NCBI RefSeq assembly: GCF_032444005.1
Contig: NC_091286.1
Span: 45,136,001-45,200,000 of the forward strand
Source of the DNA: Ranitomeya imitator
Taxonomy: Eukaryota
Direction of reading: 5' to 3'
Length of the DNA stretch: 64,000 nucleotides
The notes under the pieces are model-generated. The model had not been told where the DNA came from, did no database searches, and saw nothing but the letters and a program-made list of their open reading frames with translations. Both the position numbers and the translations under genes were made by a program. Shown here piece after piece: positions 51,257 through 64,000 of this stretch; position 1 is the stretch's first letter, and every line of letters starts with the position of its first letter.

Positions 51257-52814
51257 AATATATTTACTTATGAATATATTTATGTATATATATTTTTATT
51301 TATTTATATGTTTATTTATATATAAGTATATATTTATAAAAAAAAAAAATATATATATATGAAGTTTAAGTCTATGTAGGCTTATCTGTATTCATGAGTA
51401 GAAGTAGACTTCTAGATGAGCAGATAGAGCAATGTTTGGCCTTTGCGCTTCTGTTCTGCCAAGTATCACTTACATACAGTAATGCCGATGCTGGTCAGGC
51501 TGGGAGGGAGCTCAGTATGAATGTTTCCTCTGGATTTTCTAGCCTTCCTCCTTAGCATATGTGTATTTTAATTGTAGCACCCTCAAGGTTTCCAGCCTGA
51601 AGGCCTCGTTCTTGTTCTGATTAAGTCAAATGGGATTGATTTCAGTTCAGGCCACATACCATCTCTGTGAAAACCAACCCAATTAGAGGTCCATGCGGTT
51701 GATCATTCAACAGAACATATCGTTTTGGGTGGAAATCTGAAATCCGTTCTGTGCAATAAATAAGGAGCCTGTGAAACAGGATTTAGTCATCCAAGTCTAT
51801 ACAGAAGCAAATATGAAATGCCCAAGCTCGGGATTATAAATGTACAACATAGCGAGCCACGCCGCTCCTGATCCTAACAAGCAGGGTGACTCACGCAGTA
51901 AATTACTCTACATTATTAAATCCTGGCAGAATGTGTGTTTTACGTCAAAGATGATTGGCACTAAAGAGCATTTTTCATCTGAAAGTTAAAGGAATTGTCC
52001 CGCTCATGTAAAAATGTCCTAATGACGCAAGCCTGATTGTACAGGGCCGTGATCGGCTGCAGCAGTCAGGTGACTGATATGGGACATCATCACTTCTGGT
52101 CCCGGAGGGGAGCACCAGAGTGACCTGCGCTGGAGCAAAAGGGATTGGACCTAGTAAGTATTCTTTCCTAATTATATATTTTTCTGTTTTTAAAGGAAAT
52201 TTATACAAAACCTTTAACTCCTTCACACATTTGACATACACGTGTTGGGTCCGGGGGAATGGCGTGGGCCCGGCAGTCCATTCCATACACAGAAGGTGGC
52301 GGCTGTGCTTTACAGCCGGCGTCTGCCTGCTAGTGTTTAGCCAAGTCTCTAACAGCGGCATTTATGTGGGGTGATCGCATCGTGTGACCATTCCGGATCC
52401 CATTGCCCCCGCGGAACAAGCGCCAATTGGTTGCCAAGGCCTACTGAAGACCCCCCATCGCTGCCACCTTTATACTCCCAGACTGGGCTTCATGGGAGAT
52501 CATCATTTCTTTTATATCCTGCAATATACAGAATGAGTGATTGGGCAATCACAGTTTCAAGTGCCTTAAAGGGAAGCGATCATCAGAAAATTAACTTTTG
52601 ATTAAACCAGCTTTTTTATGAAATGTATTTTTTTAAATATAATTTACCATTTTATTTTTACCTGGCCACTGGGACTTTTTTAAAACCATACTTTCTTTTT
52701 TTTATGAATGAAGAATGGTACGTTAGCCGCCATAATCAACTCATTTGTATTGAAGGAAGTGTCTAATGAGCATGTGCAAAGGTCATTGTGAAGGGAGGGG
52801 CGAGAGTAGAGTTA

Positions 52815-53228
52815 AGGTACCGTCACACATAGCGACCCTGCAGTGATACCGACAACGATCCGGATCGCTGCAGCGTCGCTGTTTGGTCGCTGGAGAGCTG
52901 TCACACAGACAGCTCTCCAGCGACCAACGATCCCGAGGTCCCCGGTAACCAGGGTAAACATCGGGTAACTAAGCGCAGGGCCGCGCTTAGTAACCCGATG
53001 TTTACCCTGGTTACCAGTGAAGACATCGCTGAATCAGTGTCACACACGCCGATTCAGCGATGTCTACGGGGAGTCCAGCGACGAAATAAAGTTCTGGACT
53101 TTCTTCCCCGACCAGCGATCTCCCAGCAGGGGCCTGATCGCTGCTGCCTGTCACACTGGACGATATCGCTAGCGAGGACGCTGCAACGTCACGGATCGCT
53201 AGCGATATTGTCTAGTGTGACAGTACCT
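52815..53228. mobile_element. PIF/Harbinger-like MITE
   Basis: TTA|AGGTACCGTCACAC...GTGTGACAGTACCT|TTA; CpG-rich interior with internal hairpins. Confidence 0.8.
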
Positions 53229-53544
53229 TTAGTTGTGACATTGCCTATTGTGATTGGTGGATCTGGTGTTGTCAACTGTCTATACAAATATTACCTGTCT
53301 TTGTAATTCTGTCAGTGAGGATAATGAGTCTTCTGAAACTCTTCCTGAAAAGTCTAGAAATGCTCCAGTGGCCAGTGTGAAAGTTTCAAGATTGTTCATT
53401 TTATTTTTAATAAAGATTGCAATATGGAAAAAAATATTACTAACATTTTTTTAAATACAATACTTGCAAGACAAAAAACTGATTTAAACAATAGGAACCT
53501 GAAAACCCATCTCTTCAGGAAAGCCTATAGCCTGCAATAACCAT

Positions 53545-53865
53545 TCTACCGCCTCACCAACCACCCGAACTGCTGCCACGTCACCAACCACTCGAGCTGC
53601 TGCGTCACCACTGCCAGAGCTGCCGCTTCACCAACCACCCGAACTGCCGCCACACAAACCACCCGAGTTACCGCGTCACCACCACTAGAGCTGCCGCCTC
53701 ACCACCACCAAAGCGGCCCCTCACCACCACCAGAGCTGCCGCCTCACTACCACCAGAGCTGCTGCCTCACCACCACCAAAGCTGCCGCCTCACCACCACC
53801 AGAGCTGCCGCCTCACCCACCACCTGAGCTGCCGCCTCACCAGCACCAGAGCTGCAGCACCCCGA
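53545..53865. repeat. About 23 bp GC-rich minisatellite (GAGCTGCCGCCTCACCACCACCA)n
   Basis: Diverged tandem units directly 5' of an L2 3' fragment. Confidence 0.85.
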
Positions 53866-53893
53866 CCTCATGTCTCTTCCCCATCATCCCGAA

Positions 53894-54051
53894 GAATGTA
53901 AGTCCACAAAGACAGGGTCCTCTCCCCTCTGTACCAGTCGGTCACTGTAAATTTGTTTACTGTTAACGATATCTATAACCCTGTATGTAACCCCTTTTCA
54001 CATGTACAGCACCATGGAATTAATGGTGCTATATAAATAAATAATAATAAT
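53894..54051 (+). mobile_element. L2-type LINE 3' end fragment
   Basis: Same terminus as the L2 at 48955-49090, ending (AAT)n. Confidence 0.7.
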
Positions 54052-55965
54052 TTAGATTATGGCTTCCCTATATGAGCACAAAATAAATAAATAAATGAAA
54101 AAGTGAAAATAAGTGCTTAAAAAAGTATAAAAGTTTGAATCATAACAATTTTCCCAGTTAAAAAAATAAAGTAAAATAAATATTTGGTATCACCGCATCT
54201 GCAAAAATAATATCTAGGTAAATATAAAATAATAAAGAAAAATAAATAAAAGAGAAAAAAAATCTAAACACAAGATTTTTTGTTATTTGATCACTTCCAA
54301 AAATGTATTAAAAAGCGATCAAAATATGGCATGTACCCTAAAATCATATCAATAAAAACATCAACTGAGCACGCAAAAAACAAGCCCTCACACATCTCCA
54401 TCAATGGAGAAATAAAACGTGATGGAACAGAATTTTTTTTATAAAGTTCTGATTTTTATTTGACCACTAAAATATAAAAGAAAACTATACAAGTTTCATG
54501 TCTCTGTAATTGCACTGACCTGGAATATCCTGGAAAATAAATGTGATCTAAAGGAATGTAGAAAAATATGGTGGGACTGCATTTTTTTCACCATTCACTT
54601 GAATTTTTTTCCCATTAAAATATATGGTAAATTGATTGGTGTCATTCAAAATTACAACTCATCCCATACAAGAAAGTCCTCAAACTGCTTTGTCAACAGA
54701 AAAATAAAAGCGTTTTAGCGCTTGGATGAACGGGAGGGACAAAATGTAAACATGAAAAATTGCCCCTTCAAGAAGGAGGTAAAAATTATCAAATTTTTTT
54801 TTTTAAATTTACAGAACTTGTTTTTTTCTTCTGTATTCCATTGTAAAAGTGACAGCAAGAAGTGCAGCCATACAGTATTTTTGTTACTTTGGAATAGGTG
54901 AAAATACTCACCTATTAACAGCTATGTCTGCCTTTACTATCAAATTTTTCTTGTCCTAATGCATCTAAAATGAAAAATGAAGCAACTCTCCAAAATACTA
55001 TGATTTAAAGTGTCATATAATTTTTGTCTTGAGTGTCTACACAGACCTATGTGTCTGCAAGGTAACAGACTACAAACATACCCAGTGTAGTCCTATCCTA
55101 ACTAAATACCCTAACACAGGGTTTTTGCTCTTTTTTATCTTGGGTTTTGTCTAATTTATATATGTTTGCCCGCTTTTATTTTTATGTCCGTATTGTTGGG
55201 GGAGTTTGGAGTTTTTGGCTGATTCATGAATTGTGACTTTTTAAAAACTTTGAACTAATAAGTTGTAAAACAGGTCAAAGACATAGTAAAGCCTATCTTT
55301 GGCTTTGGGCAAAATTCCTGGCCCATGTGCATCATTTTGAAGTGAAGAAAGGGTCTTTATTAAAATGCAATTGATGCAAAATCTGCAATAGGCATTGCAT
55401 GGAGTTTCATTATTAGCCTGCTGAGACGCCATGACAGATTTCTTTTTCGCCTTTCATGGTGATAGTTCTTGCGCTGTGGACTCAGTTCTTCTATCTGGAC
55501 ACTTTGAGAGTTTAGTGTACTCCTTAGTTAACTCCCATTATGAGACTACTGAGGCCCCATTGTACTTGATTCGCTGACCCAGCAATGTTGTCCTAAACCT
55601 TGACCATTACCCAACACCCCTGGACTTGCGCCAGTGCTGCCGGTCCTGGTCATCACAGTGGTATTGCTTTCCTCTAGGGGAGAGTGATGCTACGTTTGGA
55701 GGCAAAGAAGGATAACTGCATTCAGGTATGCACTTAATAGTTAGTTAATATATTGTCTTCTATGGTTAACAGTAGTAAGTATGCATACGATGTAAATATG
55801 TTTTGTTGCGTAACGGTCAAGTGTCCTCACCTCCCATAAAGGGAAGCCTTAGATATAGTATTAATTTGTTTTATAGCATTTAAAAAAATTGTATGTCTGT
55901 TTGCTAACCTGTAACTGTTGCTTTTCTTTTCCCAGTCCGGGAGTACTGGATTTAACAGGTGGGAG

Positions 55966-57097
55966 TGCGGCGCCCCAGGGTCCTGGTCGTCACAGTGGTA
56001 TTGCTTTCCTCTCAGAGAGAGTGATGCTACGTTTGGAGGCAAAGAAGGATAACTGCATCCAGGTATCACAAACATGCAACACATTTCACACTCCAGGCCA
56101 CCAGGGGGAGCTTCTGCTCCTATTTATTAGGTTACTCCCCATATACATATATATAACTGGTAGTCTGTAGGGAGAGTTAGAAAGTTCCAGACTAGAGTCT
56201 GAGGAGGATGGAAGGTTAAAGGAGCTGTGCATGCCCTCAGAGCTGCAGCTCCCAGAAAGAGACATTGAAAGGCAGAACTGTATTGTAGCGAGCATGAAGG
56301 AAGTCAAAGCAAAGGAGAGAATACCAGAAGGGGACCAGCCCCGCACAAGCTGTCTCCTTCTGAGGCGCAACATCCCGGTAGCCGCAACACCGGGGGAGTA
56401 TGGACCTCTACGCCTTATTTCAGAGACCGGCAGGGCAGCTAATTGCAGGTTACCTGTCTGCACTTACACCCAGGAGGCACGGTGACACCTACAGAGCCGG
56501 GTTATCTACGAGACCCTATAAACAGGCTCAAGTCACCAGTCATACGGGTATTATCCTATGCTATATGGGAGGACAGAGAGAGCGAAACATTGCATCTGTG
56601 AGACCCTTATGTCAAGCCATAGGCAGTAAGGGACTACACCAATGCAACGCAAAGGAAGGCTACTGATTTCCACCTGGATAAGGGAACTCTTGACTTGCCT
56701 CCAAACCGTCCGGATTCTGCCTGCCCTGTGATCTGGTGCCCTGGACTGTGGATGCTGAAGTCTTCAGTAAAGGTAAAGAGACTGCAACCTTGTGTCCTCG
56801 TTCTTCTCTGCGCCTCACACCACCCACCACCTACACACCGGGAAGCCCTGGGGACATACTTCACCTGTGGGAAGGTATACCATCTAGCTGCCATAACATC
56901 ACCCCAGCTGACCCCTTAAAGCAGCGTCGGTCACCCTGACCGAATACCACAGGTGGCGTCATGAACATTCCCCTTAAAGACCTTTCCCTTTTACACGGAC
57001 GTCCCAGGGCCACGGGCCGGGTCAGCCACCGTGACATCCCCCTGTTAACCGAAGGACCCGGTACCGAGTAACCCCACGTCCCTTGGGGGGCAATCCA
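55966..57097 (+). mobile_element. LTR-like repeat, copy 1
   Basis: Colinear homology with 58805-59969 (TGCGGCGCCCCAGGGTCCTGG...GGGGGCAATCCA); no matching TSD found. Confidence 0.65.
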
Positions 57098-58804
57098 CAT
57101 GTATCCATTTTTCTGTTCTGTGGTGTTGCAGAGAAATTTATACTGGGGACTAAGTGACAGATTATCCCAATGTCGGTCCATGGTGGCTTCCCTTTTCCTT
57201 CTTCATGCATACATGGGTAGAGACCTGTCACTCAAAGGGATCATGGAGGAGAAGTCGCTGGGGACCTTGGGGTCCGAAGAGCTCGAAAGCATGAATCAGA
57301 TGATACCAACATATTTACAGTCCATGTCAGCAACAGAAGGAGGCGGGCAGCTCATGGACCAACGTTAATCAATGAATACTTTTCCACATGAACCAATAGA
57401 GTGGGAAGAATCACATCATGCACTTATCTAATCTGTAAAATGACACATCTTTTCAATGTGCACCGCCCAAAAAACAGAACACCACCGTGCTGTAGTCGTG
57501 ATGTCACTGCTGCCGCTAGGACAGCAAACATCGTGGGTAGCATTCACTGTCAGACTGGGTTGCAAGGGTCCACCAGTGGCCAACCCAACGTTTCAGCTAC
57601 ATGCAAATGTGACATTATCCCCAATCACAAATGTATATAACAAGGAACTGGGGACATTGGTAAATTAACAAGATGATGCCTTTGTCTGCACATAGTGATT
57701 CAAGAATATAGTGCCAATTACTGCTCATTTAAGAGGGTGGTGGCTCACTCTTACACAGGGGCCCACCAGGGGATTTTCCGGTTCTCCCGTGGGCCAGTCC
57801 GAGCCTAGAAGCAATAGAGAGGCAGCTGAGTTCCAATATCAGTCATAAGTCATAAACAGATGTGGTATTGTTTTAGGAAAAAAGTAGCAATGACTCCTTC
57901 AGTAAGAAGGACCTAAACAAATCTGTGCAGAAGGGAGAGGCAGTTCATTGTATAGCATTGTATTATGCTTGCCTTACTTTACTGAACGTAAGCGCGTGTT
58001 CTCAAATGGCGGTCGTGCAAACAAGAAGTGAAGTGGTTGCTAGAAGATGTAGTTGCTAGGCATTACCGCAGATTACGCTAAGATTATGGGGGCTGACAGA
58101 TATGTAATAGTAATTGTATATAATAGTAATTATACTGTGTGCATGCCGCTTCCACAGTCTCTAAAATAGTCTACACTTGTGTTAGACACCTATAAAATAA
58201 CACAGAGAGGATTGTACATATTTGTGGAACCAACACTAGACCACAAGTGTTAAAGTATTTTATTTTTTCTTTTTAATAGCCCATATCCAACATTCCTCCG
58301 GTCTTATGTAAATAGGGTCAATTTCATGTCTTCTGATTCCCCCCCAAATCCTAAATTGCCCATGATTATGCTTCTATTCTTAGCCTCTGCTCCTTGCCAG
58401 CAAAGTTAAATCCAGACCTGTGTGCTCATATTATAGCATTTCTCTATAGTCTTGTGCCATTGGGATTATTTTGAGAGATATACTTGTATAATTTACTAAG
58501 CTCAGCAATAAACCAGGACTGCCAATTACAGCCCCGACCCAGAGAAAACCTATTTATTTTGCAGGTGTAAATGATCTATGAAATGAACTAAATCCTTGTT
58601 GTAATGGGTAAGAAGGTGCGGTAATTAGTGACTGGCTACAGTGGGAGCTCTGTGTCCCATGTAATTAGCGAATGAGGTCAGCTCAAGAGACCTGTGACAT
58701 GGAGGACCTGAGGAACAGGGGTTAGTGGCTTAGGTTATGGACATGGACTCCTCCAGCAGCTCTTGTATATTTCTTACAATTTTTTCCTTAGATCTACAAG
58801 CTTT

Positions 58805-59969
58805 TGCTGCGCCCCAGGGTCCTGGTCGTTGCAGTAATATCATTCTCCTCTAGGGGAGGGTGATGTTACGTTTGGAGGCAAAGAAGGACAACTGCATCCA
58901 GGTAACACAAACATGCAACACATTTCACACTCCAGGCCACCAGGGGGAGCTCTGCTCCTATTTATTAGGTCCCTCCCCACACTTTGGTAAAACTGGTGAC
59001 CTGTAGGGAAAGTTAGTTAGTTGCTGGCTGAGCATCGCTCAGGTAGTTGGTCCCTGGCAGGGGTGGGATACTGTCAGAGAGCTGTGGAAGAAGGACACGG
59101 AGCTGTGCATGCTCTGAGAGCTGCAGCTTCCAGAAAGAGACACTGAAGGAGAACTGTATTGCAGTGAGGGTGAGAGAAGTTGTAGCGAAGGAGTGGATAC
59201 CAGAAGGGGATCAGCCCTACACAGGCTGCCTCCTTCTGAGGCGCAGGATCCCGGTAGCCGGAACACCGAGGGAGCAACGATCCTTTATGCCTTGCTCCAG
59301 AGACCGGCAGGACATCTAATTTCACGTTACCTGTCCGCCCCTACACCCAAGAGGCAAGGTGGCACCCCTTAGAGGCTGGGGCATGATAAAGTCCCTGTAA
59401 AACGCCTCAAGCCACCGGTCATACGGGTTTGTCCTATCCATCTGGGACAGAGAGAGAGAGACATACATCTAAAACATCTGTGAGGACCTTATGAGAAGCT
59501 TAGGGACTACAACACTATGGCGCTAGAGGAAGGCTACTGATTTCCACCTGGATAAAGGGACTCTGGACTTGCCTCCAAACCTGCCGGGCTCTGTCTGCCC
59601 TGTGATCTGGTGCTTTGGACTGTGGACGCTGAAGTCTTCAGTAAAGGTAAAGAGACTGCAACCTTGTGTCCTCGTTCTTCTCTGTGGCTCTCACCATCCA
59701 CCATCTACACACTGGGAAGCCCTGGGGACATATTTCACCTGTGGGAAGGTATACCATCTAGCTGCCATAACATCACCCCAGTGGACCCTTTAAAGCAGCG
59801 TCGGTCACCCTGAATGAATACCACAGGTGGCGTCACAAACATTCCCCTTAAAGACCTTTCCCTTTTACATGGACGTCCCAGGGCCACAGACCGGGTCAGC
59901 CACCGTGACATCCCCCTGTGAACCGAAGCACCCACTACCGAGTACCCCACTGCCCATGGGGGCGCTCCA
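58805..59969 (+). mobile_element. Solo LTR-like repeat, copy 2
   Basis: TGCTGCGCCCC...GGGGGCGCTCCA termini and 4 bp TSD CTTT (58801-58804, 59970-59973). Confidence 0.75.
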
Positions 59970-60111
59970 CTTTGATAAATCATCACTCTAGGTCTGGGCC
60001 GTATTTGCCACTAGGCGCTTGAGGGCAGGTGCCTAGGGCAGCAGGATGCGGGGGGGCGCACTTGAGCAAGGTTTTTTTTTTTTTCATAAACGTCCAGGGT
60101 CAAGTGCCCAT

Positions 60112-60475
60112 GAGGAGCCATGCACGCAGGGTGGGAGGATGGGGAAGACATGCATGCAGGGGAGAAGGATATGGGAGCCATGCACGCAGGGGAGAAGGAT
60201 ATGGGAGCCATGCACGCAGGGGAGGAGGATAGAGGAGCCATGCACGCAGGGTGGGAGGATAGAGGAGCCATACACGCAGGGTGGGAGGATGGGGGAGCCA
60301 TGCACGCAGGGTGGGAGGATGGGGTAGCCATGTACGCAGAGTGGGAGGATGGGGGAGCCATGCACGCAGGGTGGGAGGATGGAGGAGCCATGCACGTAGG
60401 GTGGGAGGATGGAGGAGCCATACACGCAGGGTGAGAGGATGGAGGCGCCCTGCACGCAGGGTGGGAGGATGGAGT
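60112..60475. repeat. 30 bp minisatellite (GGAGCCATGCACGCAGGGTGGGAGGATGGG)n within a probable composite DNA-transposon remnant
   Basis: About 12 tandem units. Confidence 0.92.
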
Positions 60476-61699
60476 ATAAATACTGGGCCCTATAGGGGGG
60501 ACACAGTGTGAGAGGACAGTGTGAAGAGGGGGCCGGTTTAGAAAGGAGAGGTCAGTGTGAAGAGCATGTACCATAAGAGGGACAATGTGGGGGTCATATT
60601 TTGTGCAGACAATATAGTGAGGGGCAATTTTTTATTCAGGAGCATTATAATGACACTTGTATCTTTAAGGGCGTCATGTGGAGATTTTCTGTAATAGAGC
60701 GGAGAAGATGGAAGTCTGCAGAGATGGCTGTGGCTGAGAAAACTCATCATGGGATCTGAACAAGATGAAGAAAAGAAGGATAACGACTCCAGAGACGACG
60801 CCATCTATAAGGTACCTGGATGTAAATGTTATTTGTGATACTAACTTACACTCATGTTTTTATTTGTTAGGAGCATTAAAGGGGATGTCCAGGTTTGTGA
60901 TGAGTCTGCAGTCATTCTTTGTGACTGCAGACTTCTGACTTCTCACAGTGCGCACTGCACACTGTCAGGATTCTCTTGTGCTGGCGATTTACATTAATGT
61001 GGTCACATGCTGACTAGATATATGTGACCTCCATCAATGAAAATGAACTGAGTGAGGCCGGCACGTTTAGTCGGTATGTGGCCAGAAGTATACAGATCAC
61101 ATGCTTGTGCTGACATGACTGTCCACCGGCAAAGGAGAATCCTAAAAGTGTGCAGTGCATTAGCTGTGAGAATTCAGAAGCTACGATGTCAGGATTCAGC
61201 TCTGCAGGTTCCAGTACTCATCATTGGACACTTCACTCATATGCGACTTTCATACTCATGGTCCTGTGACAAAGAGCTGCTCTTCTGCTTTTGTTTTTCA
61301 CTGAACATTGAGGGCATTGGGGAGAGGAGCTCATCGGTACATGACTGAGTGTGCAAATCGCATATGTCCTTTGGGGGGGGGAGGGGGCGCCAAAATGAAT
61401 TCTTGCCCCTGGTGCCACAAAACCTAGATACACCTCTGCCGGTATGCTACTGTGAGCGGTGATTACCGGGTCCGGTAGAGGGAGGTCTGTGCACAGGCAG
61501 GGAGGTAGGGACTGAGGGTGTGCACAGAGAGAATGGAGACCCGGAGACTGCCCGTCTCAGTCTACGCCGTAGCCTGGAGCCCTCATTATCATAGGAATAT
61601 GTCAGTTAATTGTTTTACTAAAGCTTTATAGTGCAGTTTGCTTATTAATCAGAATTTTATTTTTGAAGGATAATACCAGACTTGTGTGTGTTTTAGGGC

Positions 61700-62160
61700 G
61701 AGTTTCATGTGTCAAGTTGTGTGTGTTGAGTTGCGTGTGGCGACATGCATGTAGCGACTTTTGTGAGATGAGTTTTGTGTGGCGACATGCGTGTAGCAAC
61801 TTTTTGTGTGTCGAGTTGTATGTGACAGGTTAGTGTAAGCAAGTTGTGTGCAGCAAGTTTTGCGCATGGCGAGTTTTGCACGTGGCAAGTTTTATGTGTG
61901 GTGCGTTTTGAGTATGTGCAAGTTTTGTGTGAGGCAACTTTTGCATGTGTTGCAACTTTTGTGCATGTGGCAATTTTTCCGCGTGTGCAAGTTTTGCGTG
62001 TGGCGAGTTTTCCATGAGGTGAGTTTTGCACGTGTGGCGAGTATTGCGTGAGCCTAGTTTTGCATGTGGCGAGTTTTGCGTGTGGCGAATTTTGAGCGGC
62101 GACTTTTGTGTTTCGACTTTTATGTGGCGAGGTTGGTGTATGTGTGGTGAAATGTGTGCT
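61700..62160. repeat. Degenerate GT-rich tandem repeat (GTGTGGCGAGTTTTGC-like, about 20 bp period)
   Basis: Recurring GGCGAGTTTT / GCAAGTTTT cores. Confidence 0.75.
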
Positions 62161-62919
62161 GAGGGTGGTATATGTGTTCAAGCACATGGTAGTGTGTGGC
62201 GCATTTTGTGTGTGTGTTCATATCCCCGTGTGTGGTGAGTATCCCATGTCGGGGTCCCACCTTAGCAACTGTACGGTATATACTATTTGGCGCCATCGCT
62301 CTCACTCTTTAAGTCCCCCTTGTTCACATCTGGCAGCTGTCAATTTGCCTCCAACACTTTTCCTTTGACTTTTTCCCCATTGTGTAGATAGGGGCAAAAT
62401 TGTTTGGTGAATTGGAAAGCGCGGGGTTAAAATTTCGCCTCACAACGAGATATTAAAACGTTAAAAGTAAAGTAGTTTTTGGTAATATTATCTATAGTTA
62501 TGCTTATCCTTCACACAAAAGGGGTTGAAAACTGCAGCGCACAGGAAAAACAGGGATTTTAAGCAAAAAACTTTTTTTTTTAAATTACCATTTGTATTTC
62601 TCTACATTATAACAGAACACTGGAACATGTTGGAGATTTTCATTTATTTATTTTTTACATTTCCATTCATTAATGCTGTGAGCACAAAAAATGGAAATTT
62701 CAAATAAAATTCACAATTTTACCGATAATATCTGAAAAACGATCTGTATTTCAGCAGTGAATTCTGTGCATGAAAAACTTTAACAAATTGATTTCCAATC
62801 TGTGCCATGCGCTTATCACTAATATAAAGGGGTAAGTCACACAATGATCTCATAGTACAAAGATGGTGTGCTTAAGTGACGTCCCGGTACAAGGATATAA
62901 ACCAATGATGTCACCTTAC

Positions 62920-64000
62920 AGGGATAACATTGTCAGTGATGTCATGGTACAGGGATAATATACACAGTGATGTCAGAGTATAGGGATAATAAACAGTGAT
63001 GTCAGAGTACAGGGATAATACACACAGTAATGTCACAGTACAGGGATAATAGTCAGTGATGTCACAGTACAAGGATAATACAGCCAGTGATGTCACAGTA
63101 CAGGGATAATACACACAGTGATGTCACAGTACAGGGATAATATAGCCAGTGATGTCACAGTACAGGGATAATATAGCCAGTGATGTCACAGTATAGGATA
63201 ATACAGCCAGTGATGTCACAGTACAGAGATAATATAGCCAGTGATGTCACAGTACAGGGATAATACACACAGTGATGTCACAGTACAGGGATAATATAGC
63301 CAGTGATGTCACAGTACACTATAATACAGCCAGCCAGTGATGTCACGGCACAGGGATAATATAGCCAGTGATGTCACAGTACAGGGATAATACAGCCAGT
63401 GATGTCACAGTATAGGATAATACAGCCAGTGATGTCACAGTACAGAGATAATACAGCCAGTGATGTCACAGTACAGAGATAATATAGCCAGTGATGTCAC
63501 AGTACAGAGATAATATAGCCAGTGATGTCACAGTACAGGGATAAAATAGCCAGTGATGTCACAGCATAGGATAATGCAGCCAGTGATGTCACAGTACAGA
63601 GATAATATAGCCAGTGATGTCACAGTACAGAGATAATATAGCCAGTGATGTCACAGTATAGGATAATACAGCCAGTGATGTCACAGTACAGGGATGGGAT
63701 AATACAGCCTGTGATGTCACAGTACACGTATAATACAGCCAGTGATGTCAGAGTACAGGGATAATACACACAGTGATGTCACAGTACAGGGATAATATAG
63801 CCAGTGATGTCACAGTACAGAGATAATATAGCCAGTGATGTCACAGTACAGGGATAATAAACACAGTGATGTCAGAGTACAGAGATAATACACACAGTGA
63901 TGTCACAGTACAGAGATAATACACACAGTGATGTCAGAGTACAGAGATAATACACACAGTGATGTCACAGTACAGGGATAATAAACACAGTGATGACAGA
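62920..64000. repeat. 31 bp minisatellite (CAGTGATGTCACAGTACAGGGATAATATAGC)n running off the window
   Basis: More than 30 tandem units. Confidence 0.95.

Noticed and set aside
56086-56485. ORFs inside the LTR-like repeats (also 59039-59325)
   Set aside because: Not conserved in frame between the two copies; no known motifs.
55966-59969. Single LTR retroelement formed by the two LTR-like copies with a 1.7 kb interior
   Set aside because: The copies are visibly diverged, copy 2 has its own CTTT TSD, and the interior shows no gag/pol homology or clear PBS/PPT.

Overview
Vertebrate genomic DNA, most likely an anuran. This is inferred from the mix of TTAA-flanked T2/Kolobok-type MITEs, Tc1, CR1/L2, Helitron and Penelope-like remnants. 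The only well-supported protein-coding gene is six2 on the minus strand: exon 1 CDS 41278-40719 (Six domain + homeodomain), a ~5.2 kb intron, and exon 2 CDS 35512-35209, giving 287 aa. The rest is repeat-rich non-coding DNA: many non-autonomous DNA transposons with recognisable TIRs/TSDs, a solo LTR nested in another solo LTR, LINE 3' fragments, several minisatellites, microsatellites and N gaps. The most unusual items are: (i) two insertions with inverted-repeat-plus-tail architecture and 13-15 bp TSDs, typical of Penelope-like retroelements; one has a minimal hammerhead-ribozyme-like motif at its fold centre, the other forms a perfect 80 bp hairpin in the six2 intron, and both TSDs contain ATAGAAT; (ii) tandem in-frame splice donors and four upstream ATGs at six2 exon 1; (iii) three unrelated minisatellites packed around six2 exon 1 and its promoter. 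All coordinates were read by eye; TE family assignments come from structural hallmarks, not database searches.
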